The notes under the pieces are model-generated. The model saw nothing but the letters and a program-made list of their open reading frames with translations, was not told where the DNA came from and searched no databases. DNA of 63,984 bases, from positions 1 to 63,984 of the IMG/VR virus record IMGVR_UViG_3300007609_000018. One strand, written 5' to 3'. Source of the DNA: a virus (taxonomy: Duplodnaviria; Caudoviricetes). Below, piece after piece: positions 10,101-19,400 of this stretch. Made by a program: the position numbers and the translations under genes. Each line of letters opens with the position of its first letter. Positions within the stretch are counted from its first letter, which is position 1.

Positions 10101-13100
10101 CTTTTTTAATGCTTTTTTTGCGTTTCCTCGACCTTTCTCTTTTGACTTGACACTTTCTAAGGTAATTCCGCTTTCATCTTCTGTAAGGATTATTTCTGTG
10201 CCATCTACGTCTAATGCTACACCTCCTTCCATTACATCTTCTATGCTTTCGGATTTACCTATTTTGTCTGCGAATTGTTTTGTTTCACTCGGTTCAGTAT
10301 CTCCAACCGTTTCTTTATCGGTAGTTGATTCAGTTTCTCCTTTAGCGATTTCCTCATCTGCGATTCGCTCAACTTCTTGCTGTTGTTCTGGTGTGTATTC
10401 TTCATATACTTCTTTTAATTTAATTTGATATGCTATTTCTTCGGCAGCTCTACCTCTAAATGTTCTTTTTTCTCCGCTTTCGGTTTCTAATGATACTGAA
10501 TAAGAACCATCTTCTTTTTGAGTAACCGCCATTTCTGGCTTACTAAAATTGTTTTTGTAGGTTTTGCCATTTACTGTAACAGTATTATCTTCTGCTATTT
10601 CAACTTCATCTTGTTTCTGTTGTAATATTCCATATTCTTTTAACTTCTTAGATGATATTTGGTTTTTGTTCCCTAACTCAATTATTTCGTTGCTTGTTTC
10701 AAACACGACTGTTTGTCCATCTAATCTTAATCTTCCTTCTTTACCGTCTTTTTCGTAAACGCTATCTTCATCAATAGATTCTGCAATAGTATTGTTACCG
10801 CCTAAATCATCTACTTCTTTTTCAGACTTTCCTGGAGTGTAATCTTTTTTAGATTGTACATTGAATTTACTTCTTGTGCTTTTTTCTTTTGTTGGCTCAT
10901 CTTCCAATGTTTCCTCAAAACCTGTTTCTGCTTCTTCTTCAGTAGATTGCTCTAATTTTGCTATTTCTGCATCATATTTAGCATTGATTGAATTTCTCTT
11001 GTTTTCAGCTAATTGCCATTTACCGGCACTTACTTTTATATCGAATTGTTCCTTTATTTTTACGGAAACATCCTTTAAAGACATACCACTTTCAAGCCAT
11101 AATTTAATTTTAGCTTGTATTAACTTTAATTCTTTAGCACTTATAAATCCTTTCTCGTATGCTTGTACTGCATCATTTCTTATTTCTTTTGATCCTTGAC
11201 CTACAATAGATAGTTCTCCGTCATTATAGTTCGTTAAATCTTCTTGAATAACTACATCTCCAAATTTCTGCTCTTTTAACTCACCTTCTCTTTCAGCTTC
11301 TATTTTTTCAATAGGAGATTGAGTTTTTTCTTTTTTAGGCTCTATCTTTCCTTTTTCGTTAAGGCCTAATATTTCTTTTTGCTTTTTATCTATTTCAGAT
11401 ATTTTAGCATTGTTTAGTGTTTTTAAATTCTTATCAGCTATTTCTTCGCCTTTCTTTTCTAACTCTGCTCTTTCTTTGCCTAATTCAAAGTATTCAAACT
11501 TTTTATTATCATCTAATTCATTTGGTAGCTGACTTGTAATTTCAGATGCTTCCTTAATGTCTTTTCTTGCTTGTGTAGCTTGTTCTTTGGTTATTTCTTG
11601 TTCTTTCTCTAATTCAGATAATACTTTTAGTGAGTTATCTTTTTTAAACGAACTATTGAATATAAAAGCATTATATCTTTTTTTACTGTTTAATTGGTTT
11701 TGTGTAGCTTCTATTGCACCACCAAAAATTCCCATTGCTGAACCTAATAAAAAGTTATCTCTAGCCTCTCTGTAATCAAATACGTTCTCTACTCTTGTTT
11801 CTGATGATAGGTTGTATGTTCCGGTTACACCCATTTCAGTTAGTTTCTCTAATACAGATTCTTCTAAACCTTCCCCAAAACCATTTTTAATTATAGCACT
11901 ACCATAATTTCTTATTGTGTTTATTGTGGCGTTTTTAAATCCTTCTTTAGCAATACTATTTCTAACTGAATTTTTTGTTATCTCTTTTACAAACTGTGAT
12001 TTAGAACCTTGAATTATTCTAGCCTCCATTCCAAATATCAAGTTGGTTAAACCTATAACTATGGAAACATCGTTTGAATATCTTGAGGCCTCGTCTTTTG
12101 TCATTCCCATTCCAATAGCTTGCTCGTATATGCTTTTTTGCATTTGCGCTGCTATTATTCCTGTTACTGCTGCTTTTGAACCTATTGTAGCTGACTTGCC
12201 TGTTAAACTCAATCCTTTTACCATTCCACTACCACCAACAAACATAGTTCCTAAGTCTGCTAATACATCTAATCCTTGGTCCACAAATTGATTAACATTA
12301 AACTTTTCTTTTGGTTTTGGTTTATTATCATCTGCTAAATACGCATTTTTTACTTCTGTGGCTTTTTCTTCTGATACCGCATACCCATCTTTATCTCTTA
12401 CTGATACTACATCACCTTCTTCGTTGAATAATATTTTAGAATCGCCATAGTCTGCCTCGAAATTAAACATACCTTGCTGAAATCTTGATGATTTAGTGAT
12501 TGTTCTTCTTTCTACATAATCTCTTGACATATCTTGAATGGCATTTGTCCAACCATAAGAAGGTGTGTCGGAGTAACTAAACGCTTGAAATCTATCTACT
12601 AATGAACCTGGCATTTGTAAAAGTCCACCCATTGTTTTTGTTACTGCATTTTGAACCGCTATAAGTGGTTTTGAAAAGAAAAATTCACTTTCTCTACCTT
12701 TTTCCTTAAATCTTTTTTTAAGTTTTTCTTCTCTTGCAGCCGTTTCGTTTTCTATTTTAGTAATGTATTCTTTTGCTAAACTATAATCGTCTTTTTTAAG
12801 CAAGTTTTTAGACGTTTCAATTAATTCTTCTTGTCTTTTTTCTATTTTAAATACATCGTTGAATAAAGGATCACTTTGTAGTTTTTCCAATTCCTTTATT
12901 TCTTCTTCACTTTTGTTTTCTTTCTCAAATAAGTTTGCGTATGCGTTTAAGTTTTTATAATCTATTATCTGCTCTTTTAAATCGTTTAATCGATTAAAAT
13001 TCCATTCGATAGCTTCTTGGTGGTGTAGGTATTTATCTTTATTAGCACCCTGTTCGTCTTTGTCTGTTGCAAAGAAATATTCGCCTCTCTCTCTACTTTT

Positions 13101-13844
13101 TTTAGCGTATTCGTATTTTTCTGGGTTTGTTTCTTTTAGATATTTATTGTAATTCTCTAAGGCGTTTCCACCTATTAAATCTACTTCTTTCTCGTATATA
13201 TCTTTTAGGTTGTTTGCTTTTAGTTGTTTTTCACTTGCTTGTAGTTCAAGTAATGAGTACCCTTTATCAGATGTTTCTTCTTTGGGTTTTTCTTGTATTC
13301 CCATATCTACATTAGTCGTACTTGAATCTAATGTTTCTGGCTTTTTAAACTCACTATAATCTTCCATTCCAATATCCTTTACATTGGATTGTGTTTTATA
13401 GTAATCAGCTTGGTAGTTTAATAAATCAATTTTGCTTTGGTAAGGGTTGTTTTTTCTTTCTTGCCTTTCTTCTTTAAACTGCTCTATTCCTTCTCTTTCT
13501 TCTTTTCTTTGGGTTTCTGAAATATTTGGAACTTGATTTTCGGTAGGTTGCTTATCATCTTCTTTAGGTATTTGATTATTGCTTTCGGTAGATTCCAATT
13601 CTCCAACTTGTGATCCACTTCCACCACTCTCGGATTGTTCTTTTTTTTTTAAGCCGTATTTGTTAAGTATAACCTCTTTTTGCTCTTCGCTTATTGGTTT
13701 ACCTGTCTTTTCTGCAAACTTGTCTAATAACGCACCATAATTACCTTTATACTTGGTTTTAATGCTTTCCTTTTGCTCGTTAGACATAGTTTTGCCTGTC
13801 TTTTCTTCAAAACTGCTTAATAATTGGTCTATATCCTTACTCAT
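4149..13844 (-). CDS. giant virion cargo/ejection protein, large polyvalent type with GNAT and zincin metallopeptidase domains
   Basis: 3231 aa; GNAT-like KGRGNAKKAL...LYEDNGF (~9960-10240); GYVKDGEVFIN...TPIHEFGHIW HExxH (~8200); lies after the tail genes. Confidence 0.7.
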   Translation of the reverse strand: MSKDIDQLLSSFEEKTGKTMSNEQKESIKTKYKGNYGALLDKFAEKTGKPISEEQKEVILNKYGLKKKEQSESGGSGSQVGELESTESNNQIPKEDDKQPTENQVPNISETQRKEEREGIEQFKEERQERKNNPYQSKIDLLNYQADYYKTQSNVKDIGMEDYSEFKKPETLDSSTTNVDMGIQEKPKEETSDKGYSLLELQASEKQLKANNLKDIYEKEVDLIGGNALENYNKYLKETNPEKYEYAKKSRERGEYFFATDKDEQGANKDKYLHHQEAIEWNFNRLNDLKEQIIDYKNLNAYANLFEKENKSEEEIKELEKLQSDPLFNDVFKIEKRQEELIETSKNLLKKDDYSLAKEYITKIENETAAREEKLKKRFKEKGRESEFFFSKPLIAVQNAVTKTMGGLLQMPGSLVDRFQAFSYSDTPSYGWTNAIQDMSRDYVERRTITKSSRFQQGMFNFEADYGDSKILFNEEGDVVSVRDKDGYAVSEEKATEVKNAYLADDNKPKPKEKFNVNQFVDQGLDVLADLGTMFVGGSGMVKGLSLTGKSATIGSKAAVTGIIAAQMQKSIYEQAIGMGMTKDEASRYSNDVSIVIGLTNLIFGMEARIIQGSKSQFVKEITKNSVRNSIAKEGFKNATINTIRNYGSAIIKNGFGEGLEESVLEKLTEMGVTGTYNLSSETRVENVFDYREARDNFLLGSAMGIFGGAIEATQNQLNSKKRYNAFIFNSSFKKDNSLKVLSELEKEQEITKEQATQARKDIKEASEITSQLPNELDDNKKFEYFELGKERAELEKKGEEIADKNLKTLNNAKISEIDKKQKEILGLNEKGKIEPKKEKTQSPIEKIEAEREGELKEQKFGDVVIQEDLTNYNDGELSIVGQGSKEIRNDAVQAYEKGFISAKELKLIQAKIKLWLESGMSLKDVSVKIKEQFDIKVSAGKWQLAENKRNSINAKYDAEIAKLEQSTEEEAETGFEETLEDEPTKEKSTRSKFNVQSKKDYTPGKSEKEVDDLGGNNTIAESIDEDSVYEKDGKEGRLRLDGQTVVFETSNEIIELGNKNQISSKKLKEYGILQQKQDEVEIAEDNTVTVNGKTYKNNFSKPEMAVTQKEDGSYSVSLETESGEKRTFRGRAAEEIAYQIKLKEVYEEYTPEQQQEVERIADEEIAKGETESTTDKETVGDTEPSETKQFADKIGKSESIEDVMEGGVALDVDGTEIILTEDESGITLESVKSKEKGRGNAKKALKKLTDAADEDGKQIKLKVVPEDADTDKDRLQKLYEDNGFVMQEDGLTMVREPKNEQIEENKAEVETEPTVETGLEGILDDDTEVETGLEGILEEEKPKTKSPEQKQKEERISKAEDRLSKARQKLEAKKKEFGKKINEDQADLFGERKSNKGQLFDERVSQDAATESLKPFVAEVEKAKKELKKAKESDVSQETKDLESDIQEQKTERQKRIEKAKKENETVVETKEVEYRNATFEVGVNKDGKAVTIKNKDTGKEVSRTSEYNKKGKKTIGKNTQFSAIENKMIGAVSSATIENEIKDKINSDTPKSPLQHILQYLIFGGKMDKNEIYQELGIGSRLDKSGREVGKSEEAGAKKTLLTNRKGNTIDDLIESLKSDQSVEYNTDIDDSVYRNEILDVMRNHNTKAEMIETYLGTMQQEQQYTKEDIAAMERIEKEKQAKKEKIAKEEQLEEDVELEEAVESIDEFESYEQEFYAHIAENFVNEDGLLDTEKTEEYLDTVFPPVNDYFYNYLNKNHGRINNREVLPSSSKSIESKKKDESKKPDENEQGQVDDFEVPFQEQSKEQKLSEKALEKLTKVLNKAFPNIKVNFKNSEEIAKDLKLTEGAIPPLGYVKDGEVFINTDKATTDTPIHEFGHIWNEYIKNNHKEVYDKGIELVEGTQYEKDVRNNPVYANNSKESILEEALAQAIGEKGAKFLKAKENAFKAYIKELFDKVKNALGITSMSSEQLADLTLEKFTDLAAAELLSGNEISKEVKSKEPSKTPPKEPDTSNPNNSNLQKRAKSLIDKIVNLSKGISSETKKSIEDEVGLYYDVQTNQQTIEMGNALIEQLGGIDKAVVLAMDETKYMPFDMRSMILGTALNQYSLQESDMRNVDNEISVMAKIDELLNKQKTIANTFDQMARTAGRGIQFMSKIYASQGIAIAERVSRKIDESNTKSLDQKVGPKGETAREMLTQFEKTINGLKKEVVDLAKENKSLIERLKAKAIKMSKSPKEKTQKFKDKVAEKYKNISLSVVSSEIQFSAKLTPAQQAFYKAIEASVKEIKRSGDKAKVIKKGMAALKKHQGYKKATKEQKKTIEDAYNNHTDKIFKEADEELTVENRKRELLDEIDFKELIGKHYSNTQKEVQNIVTVLMNEYGLTKSEAKKLNDEITAEVNKTLKPKIEKALINFMGSSRLPSVKRKRKTVLNKMMEAINNGAFTSKLNRELFAYKFNLTNPLTNKQIQRIKELAENVELSRPGSAIETKATRDIAKYITELYPENVVNLVNVFVGLRYASMLSGPFTTVINMWSNAWNYAIAPFSDLLNPTSYFNDKRRNPIQRLFTFRRDANNWANSWNLAVANMIEGTQNYKQIESISRDNKFTISELEREKYNGHRFKLGFFNPYNYARYVGRFLAAQDAFMTNLNFEREMYQNLYDVYSNQGYKGKDLRTMVSNQMAILNTDTDKTKKIQKQADKEFAQYEKLSGKKLSNSEKAIRLQEIIYNNIEDLTEDAKDELMDIAKQQTFTGERNGTVAKFTKLLSTVSNHNIASKLATMNYIPFTTVVGNISEYMLDHAPFYGILRANGLSVSGIYSRSKRVVDGGKFFGGFAENSAMMGERGTRKYEIQMGRAMLGTATLLGLGALFIGRTGEDDDEFYLTGSLKAGTDNYGTQAKEALPAYTLKLPYTPGINFLNIPALSIPLTLIGNYNDLLRKHKADKSISEDEMNLRFAVAAETGRMLWLDATKNTSTMVLDMSILQGVSKLVSEVGTAFRKAEETEESITDTQKNKPFKGLIKNIADMTIGQVGDVLFWNINLKRQIEKIMTGNSYTYQDLKGYMAYKAGINYFVNKPRLDIYGQEVKGFPGDQFINISYYIDRKGKDSENYEVDMFLLNNAAIPNKIKNTAGYYFDENGLEYRYLTEEEHYEYIKLAGEKFLNAPLEITQDGLPKPKWTYMGIKGYMEFTKKPYFKNKKMESRGEPITTIQKDVAKLWQKAKSEAKIELGLK

Positions 13845-13853
13845 TGCTTTTTT

Positions 13854-15515
13854 TTAAAAATCATCCCAAATATCAGAACCACCACTTGACTTTGGTCGGA
13901 ATACCTTTTTTTCCACTCCATACTTTTCAGCTAGTTTGATAGCTTGTTCTTCAGTAAATTCAATTCCCCCATTTGCAACTTCTATTTTTATTTTATTTAC
14001 ATCTGAACGCTTTGTAGCGTTTGATATTAATGTATTATAAACCTGTTCTCCTGCCTCTAATGGTGTGTTCGTTTGTTGTTGGTTTATTGCTTCTGGAATA
14101 AATACACCATTTTCATAGGCATTGTTTTCCGTCATGTAATCAACTGCTATGGTTGCTGCTTCGGCTGTATTCTTCTTAAACATTTCACTATTCTGCAATA
14201 CATCCATCATTATTGACGTATTTTCTATCGGAACAAACTCTGCGCCTCCGTTTAGTCTATTGTCTATGGTTGATTGTGTTGTTTTTATGGTAACACCCCC
14301 ATCTTCTGAATATTTTATTTGAAGTATTCTATTGTCTAATGCAATTTCGTTTCCTTGATCAGCTGCGTTTCTAATATCATCTTCTGTAATACCTAAATCT
14401 AACAAATCGTTTGATGATAACGCTTTCATTTGTATTGCTTGAGGCAAAGGTATTGCAATATTACCTAATTTCTGATTATTGAGATAATCACCTGTGTAAA
14501 CATAATCGCCTGTTTTTGGGTTTTTTGTAAACACTCTTTTATCCCCTGTCATCATTAATGACATTTTATTTACAAAATCATTTACTCCACGCTTTAAATT
14601 ATCTCTATCTTGATTTCTTCCTGCATTTGGATTGTTCCTAGAATTAATTTCTTTTTTGTTGTAAGCCATATAGCCAAACATCATTTTCATATACTCTTCT
14701 TCTTCTGTTGCGAATACACCGTTAGTTTCGTTTACAGACATTCTTCTTGCTAATTCTTTTTGCTGTGTTGGTGGTAGGTTTGCTATCCCCTCAATAGCTA
14801 ATTCTTTCGCTTCTGGATTTGATTCCAACAATCCTCTAAATGCTTCATAGGTTCTGTCCTTACCTACTGATGTTTCTTTTACAGTTCCTTGCATTGTTTT
14901 CCCTACAAACGTTCTTGAACTTATATCTTCTTTTAGTTTTGAAAAAGCATTTTCTGCAAGTTCTTGTAAATTGTCTTTTTTTATAACTAATAACTCATCC
15001 ATTTCAAGCCTTTCTTGTGGTGTGGCTTTTTGGTATTTCATTAAGTTAGTCATTGAATTATCCCAATCATAAACACTATTGGTCGCATCTCTGTCTTGGT
15101 ATAATGCCTCGTATGCCTCTTTAAATGATTCTTTTTGTTGTTCTGATGTGTTTACTAATGATTCTATTTGTCTTTTTTTAGCTTGGTATTTTGGGTCCGT
15201 TTCTGGATTTACGTTTTCCATTAATGAATTTGTATAATCTGTTTGTAAGCTATTTATACTTTCATCAATTAAAGGTATGTCATATTGCCACGCACCTTCA
15301 GAATCAACATCAAATTCGCCCAATGCTTTTTCCATTGCCTTTTTCTCTGCTGCTTTCTTAGCCTTTTGTCCTGCTTGGAACTTTTGGACATTGTTTACTA
15401 TGTCTAAATGTACATCTAAAGGTTTTCTTCCAGATGTTTCAAATATATATGCACCCACACTACTGCCACCTCCATCTTGTGCATACATAAAATCATTTCC
15501 TTGCTGTGCTGCCAT
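13854..15515 (-). CDS. putative internal virion/ejection protein
   Basis: helical 553-aa ORF between the tail stabilizer and the giant cargo gene, the typical podovirus arrangement. Confidence 0.55.
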   Translation of the reverse strand: MAAQQGNDFMYAQDGGGSSVGAYIFETSGRKPLDVHLDIVNNVQKFQAGQKAKKAAEKKAMEKALGEFDVDSEGAWQYDIPLIDESINSLQTDYTNSLMENVNPETDPKYQAKKRQIESLVNTSEQQKESFKEAYEALYQDRDATNSVYDWDNSMTNLMKYQKATPQERLEMDELLVIKKDNLQELAENAFSKLKEDISSRTFVGKTMQGTVKETSVGKDRTYEAFRGLLESNPEAKELAIEGIANLPPTQQKELARRMSVNETNGVFATEEEEYMKMMFGYMAYNKKEINSRNNPNAGRNQDRDNLKRGVNDFVNKMSLMMTGDKRVFTKNPKTGDYVYTGDYLNNQKLGNIAIPLPQAIQMKALSSNDLLDLGITEDDIRNAADQGNEIALDNRILQIKYSEDGGVTIKTTQSTIDNRLNGGAEFVPIENTSIMMDVLQNSEMFKKNTAEAATIAVDYMTENNAYENGVFIPEAINQQQTNTPLEAGEQVYNTLISNATKRSDVNKIKIEVANGGIEFTEEQAIKLAEKYGVEKKVFRPKSSGGSDIWDDF

Positions 15516-15517
15516 TT

Positions 15518-16420
15518 TTATTTTATTTTACTTATAGCTTTTTTCATTGTAGGCCCATAAACACCATCTATTATTCCATCATATAAACCTGCATCTTTAA
15601 GTCTTTTTTGAACTTCTGAAATACTCTTTGAATCAAGTTTACTAAAGTCTGTATTTTTTGCTTTATAAGGATTTAATTCTGCCATATTGCTAAGGTTTGG
15701 CGTATCTATGTTTGAAGTATCTATTCCCATAGAGTTGCTTTCGTCTTGTTTTTTCTGCAAATCAGACTTAGTTGTAGATAAGTCTGAATTTATTTTTGGA
15801 CTTACACTTTCATCTTTAGATTTTTTCTTGCCACCACCTTCAATACCTGCTAATGTACTTGCAGTAGAACCAATGGTGCTTGTAATATCGTCTATTGCGT
15901 TTTGGCTGTTGGCTGTTGATGCTATTTCTAACGCATCTGCTTGTTCTCTTAATTTTTCTTCTTCTAACCTTGCCTCTTGTCGTCTGTCATCTTTTAATGC
16001 ACCTATTCCTTCTTGTGATCTATTGGCTACATCTTGTCTTTTTACCCTAAAACCTGCATTTTTAACATCTAAATCTGCTAATGTTTTCATTTTACCTACA
16101 CCTAATGAAGCTATTGCGCTTAATCTGTCTGAACCTGTTTTGCCACTTTCTCTAATTGTTCTTGCACTATTAGCCTCGCTATTATCTAAACCCGACTTTG
16201 CAGTTTCAAGTCCTGGCATATTCGATAGTGCCATCATTTGATTCATATTCGCAACATCTTTATATTCTTGCTGAATAGGTTGCGCTTTAATTCGCTTTTT
16301 TCTTAGTTCTTCTGCTTTTTTAGCTTGTTCTTTTGCAGTTTTAATTCTTGTTGCTGCTGAACCAATGCTTCCTATTGTTGAAATTCCTAAACCTATTGCT
16401 TGACCTATTCCTGGTAACAT
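15518..16420 (-). CDS. putative ejection protein with C-terminal peptidoglycan-binding domain
   Basis: Gly/Ala-rich hydrophobic N-terminus; C-terminal VQKRLKDAGLYDGIIDGVYGPTMKKAI matches the PG_binding_1 pattern. Confidence 0.65.
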   Translation of the reverse strand: MLPGIGQAIGLGISTIGSIGSAATRIKTAKEQAKKAEELRKKRIKAQPIQQEYKDVANMNQMMALSNMPGLETAKSGLDNSEANSARTIRESGKTGSDRLSAIASLGVGKMKTLADLDVKNAGFRVKRQDVANRSQEGIGALKDDRRQEARLEEEKLREQADALEIASTANSQNAIDDITSTIGSTASTLAGIEGGGKKKSKDESVSPKINSDLSTTKSDLQKKQDESNSMGIDTSNIDTPNLSNMAELNPYKAKNTDFSKLDSKSISEVQKRLKDAGLYDGIIDGVYGPTMKKAISKIK

Positions 16421-16423
16421 ATT

Positions 16424-19400
16424 CTAAATTTTTGTTCGTTCACTTACTTCAAAGTTAATAATATAAGACCACAAATCTACACTTTCTTTATTATCGTTCC
16501 TTAATTTAAGCAAAATTGCAACACTACGCAACCTTTCTCCGTTCAATATCGGATTAGATACAGTTGTGTTTAAATCACGCTTAAACTCTGAATACCAATG
16601 GTCTTGCTTGTTTCTCCAACTTCCTTTTAGTATTCTTGATAATTGTCCTTCTCTATTTGTTATTTCATATATCTCCCAATCACAATTTCCATCTAATTGT
16701 TTTTGTTGCAACTCATTTGCATAAAATACTTTTGGATGGTTTGGATCTGGATTAGCCAACAGCCATAACTCACTTGGTGCAAATATTCCGTTAAACTCGT
16801 TTATATTTCCTTTATCGTGTACCATTAATTGTCCATTATTAAACGATATAAGGCTGTTTAAAACAGAAGTATAGTAATCTTGTTCATAAGTGTAAAAAGT
16901 GGTCCAAATCTTCTTTAAATTGCTATATGCGATTGTTTCTCTATCGCCTCTTATGTACAATTTTACTTTATCGCCTATTTTGTATTGGTCTGTTATGTTT
17001 CCTAATATAAATATTTTATTGTTGCTTGTAAAGTATATTTGAAACTTGGTTAATGTTCCTTTGTATTCTATTTCTACTGAAGTAAAGTTTGGTATTCCGC
17101 TTGGTGCTGATGATTCTAAACCTGTTACATCTAAATTATCGTCTGATGCTACAACCTCAAATTCAAACTCTTGACCTCTTTTCCCTATTGTTAAAATGTA
17201 TTCTCTATAAAACGGATCATATACTGCCGGTGCATCCCATATTCCGTTTTCGCATACTTGTCTGAAATAGTTTCTTGCTTTGTTCTCTGATATTATCTCT
17301 AACCCTGCTTGACTATATTGCCAAACTGCATTTCTAAATGAATCAAACCCAAATGCTAAGTTTTCATACTCAACTATACTTTCTGGGTGCTGTGTTCCAT
17401 AGTTTCCTGTTAATGGTCTTACATTGTTTAAGAATTTATCTGATACCCCAACTGTTTCTTCTCCGTTTGAATCTATAAATATGCTTTCGTTTACATACAC
17501 GCTTACAGACCTGTTTAAGTGTACTGATAGCAATATGCTACCAACTCTCAATAATCTTTTTATCAATCCAAACTCTCTATCTATTTCAATATCCTCTAGT
17601 CCTTCATTGTTTGATAATCCATTTACCTCTGTATCTGGCACAAATATATTTGACACTCTTAATGATGTCGGTCTAAATATCTCTTTAAAATCTTTATCTA
17701 CAATACCTACTCTACCTAAATCTAAATCTTCACTTGGGTAATTGTCTGATATTCTTAAAGATTCTATTACATAGTTAAATGATGAAAATACACTATCATC
17801 TTCATCAATAACTCTCATCGTTCTTTTTCTGAAATAACTATCTCCACCTTTTATAAATAATTGCGGAACACTATGACTGTTTTGACTTGTTCCTGGACTT
17901 GTGCATTTATAACAAGTTGCTGATTCATAGTATATTTTTTCTTCTTCAAGTAGCCTACGATTGAATATTTCAACCAAAACACCTGTTTTTATCTCTGGTA
18001 GCGAACTTTCTGTTTTAAGCACTAACCAATTACCGTTTTTGTACGAAACTGCCTTAAACTCGAATAATTCGTCATAATAAACACCATCTTCATTTAGTAC
18101 AAGTCGAACTCTATCTCCTTCTTCAAATGTATATCCTAATTGACTGTCGTTTTCTCTATCAAATTGGTCTATTAAGTTATTCAAGTTAATCATAACTTGG
18201 TTTGCATCTCCATTTGAGTAACTCGTTTCACTTGCTTCTTGGTTATCATCATCGTAAGAAGTGATGTATTGAACGTTATTTACCAAATATTGCAACGATT
18301 TACTGTGATGGATGTTTTTTGTAATTAGTATTTGATAGTAATGCGCCCATTTAGGAGGTTTTGAGTTTAAATTAACTCTTATTCTTGCAGGTCCGTATTT
18401 CTTTGTGTTTGGTATTGGGTAGCTGTCTGGATAGTATTGGTTTAAATCTTCTCCATAAAACGGTATGTATGCTTTTCCTAAATCAACTACACTACAAACT
18501 CTACCTGCTTCATCTTGGTACCTTATACCTACTAAATATGAACCACCTCTTTTTCTTGCTTTACCAACCTCTTCTGTTCTAACTGTTACACCTATATCGA
18601 ATAAAGTAAATACTGCTGTTGGAGAATATGGTGGTCCAACTGTTGTTACGTTTTCATCAAACTCTATTTGCGCTAAAAACTGACTTCCAGATAATGAAGG
18701 AACTAAACTTGAACTGTATGTTATAGGACAACTATTGTAATCACTTAAAAGTATGTTATCGTTTCTTAGAGTGTAGTTTCCGTATGTTTGAGTTATAAAC
18801 TGTACTGTATTATTTTCTTCTGAAGATGTAAGAGGAATGTTGTTTAACACCAATGTTTTTCCTATTGTGTTTGACCACTTTATATATGCAAATGATATAT
18901 TTGCAAACACAGGTATTCTGTAAAATCCTTGCGAATCTGTTAATGCTACTCTTCCTGTTTCTGCAAATTGCACCATTACATTAGAAACACCATTCCCGTC
19001 TGAATCTTTAACATACCCTTCTATAAACGTTTTAAGGTTGTTTGAAAACTGTTGGTCGCTTACAATAGACAGTAATTGTTGATGCTCGTTTAGGCTTAAT
19101 GGGTTTGGATTAGTAGATAGCAAGTTAAAATCTTTTAACACACCATTTGATTGACTATCATAATAAGTCTGTACGGAGTATGAATCTTCACTAAAACTAG
19201 GGGGATTGTTATTTTGTATATGGCTTATTTTTGGTGTTTGAACTATAACATCAGACAATTCAAATGCGTATAACTTTCTTCTGTACCAATATCCGTTATG
19301 GTCTGTGTAATAAGGATATTTTGCATCTATTAATAAGTTATCTGTAACGTCATTTTCATTTATAATTAAAGCTGCTTTTTCAACTCTATTTCCTTCGTCT

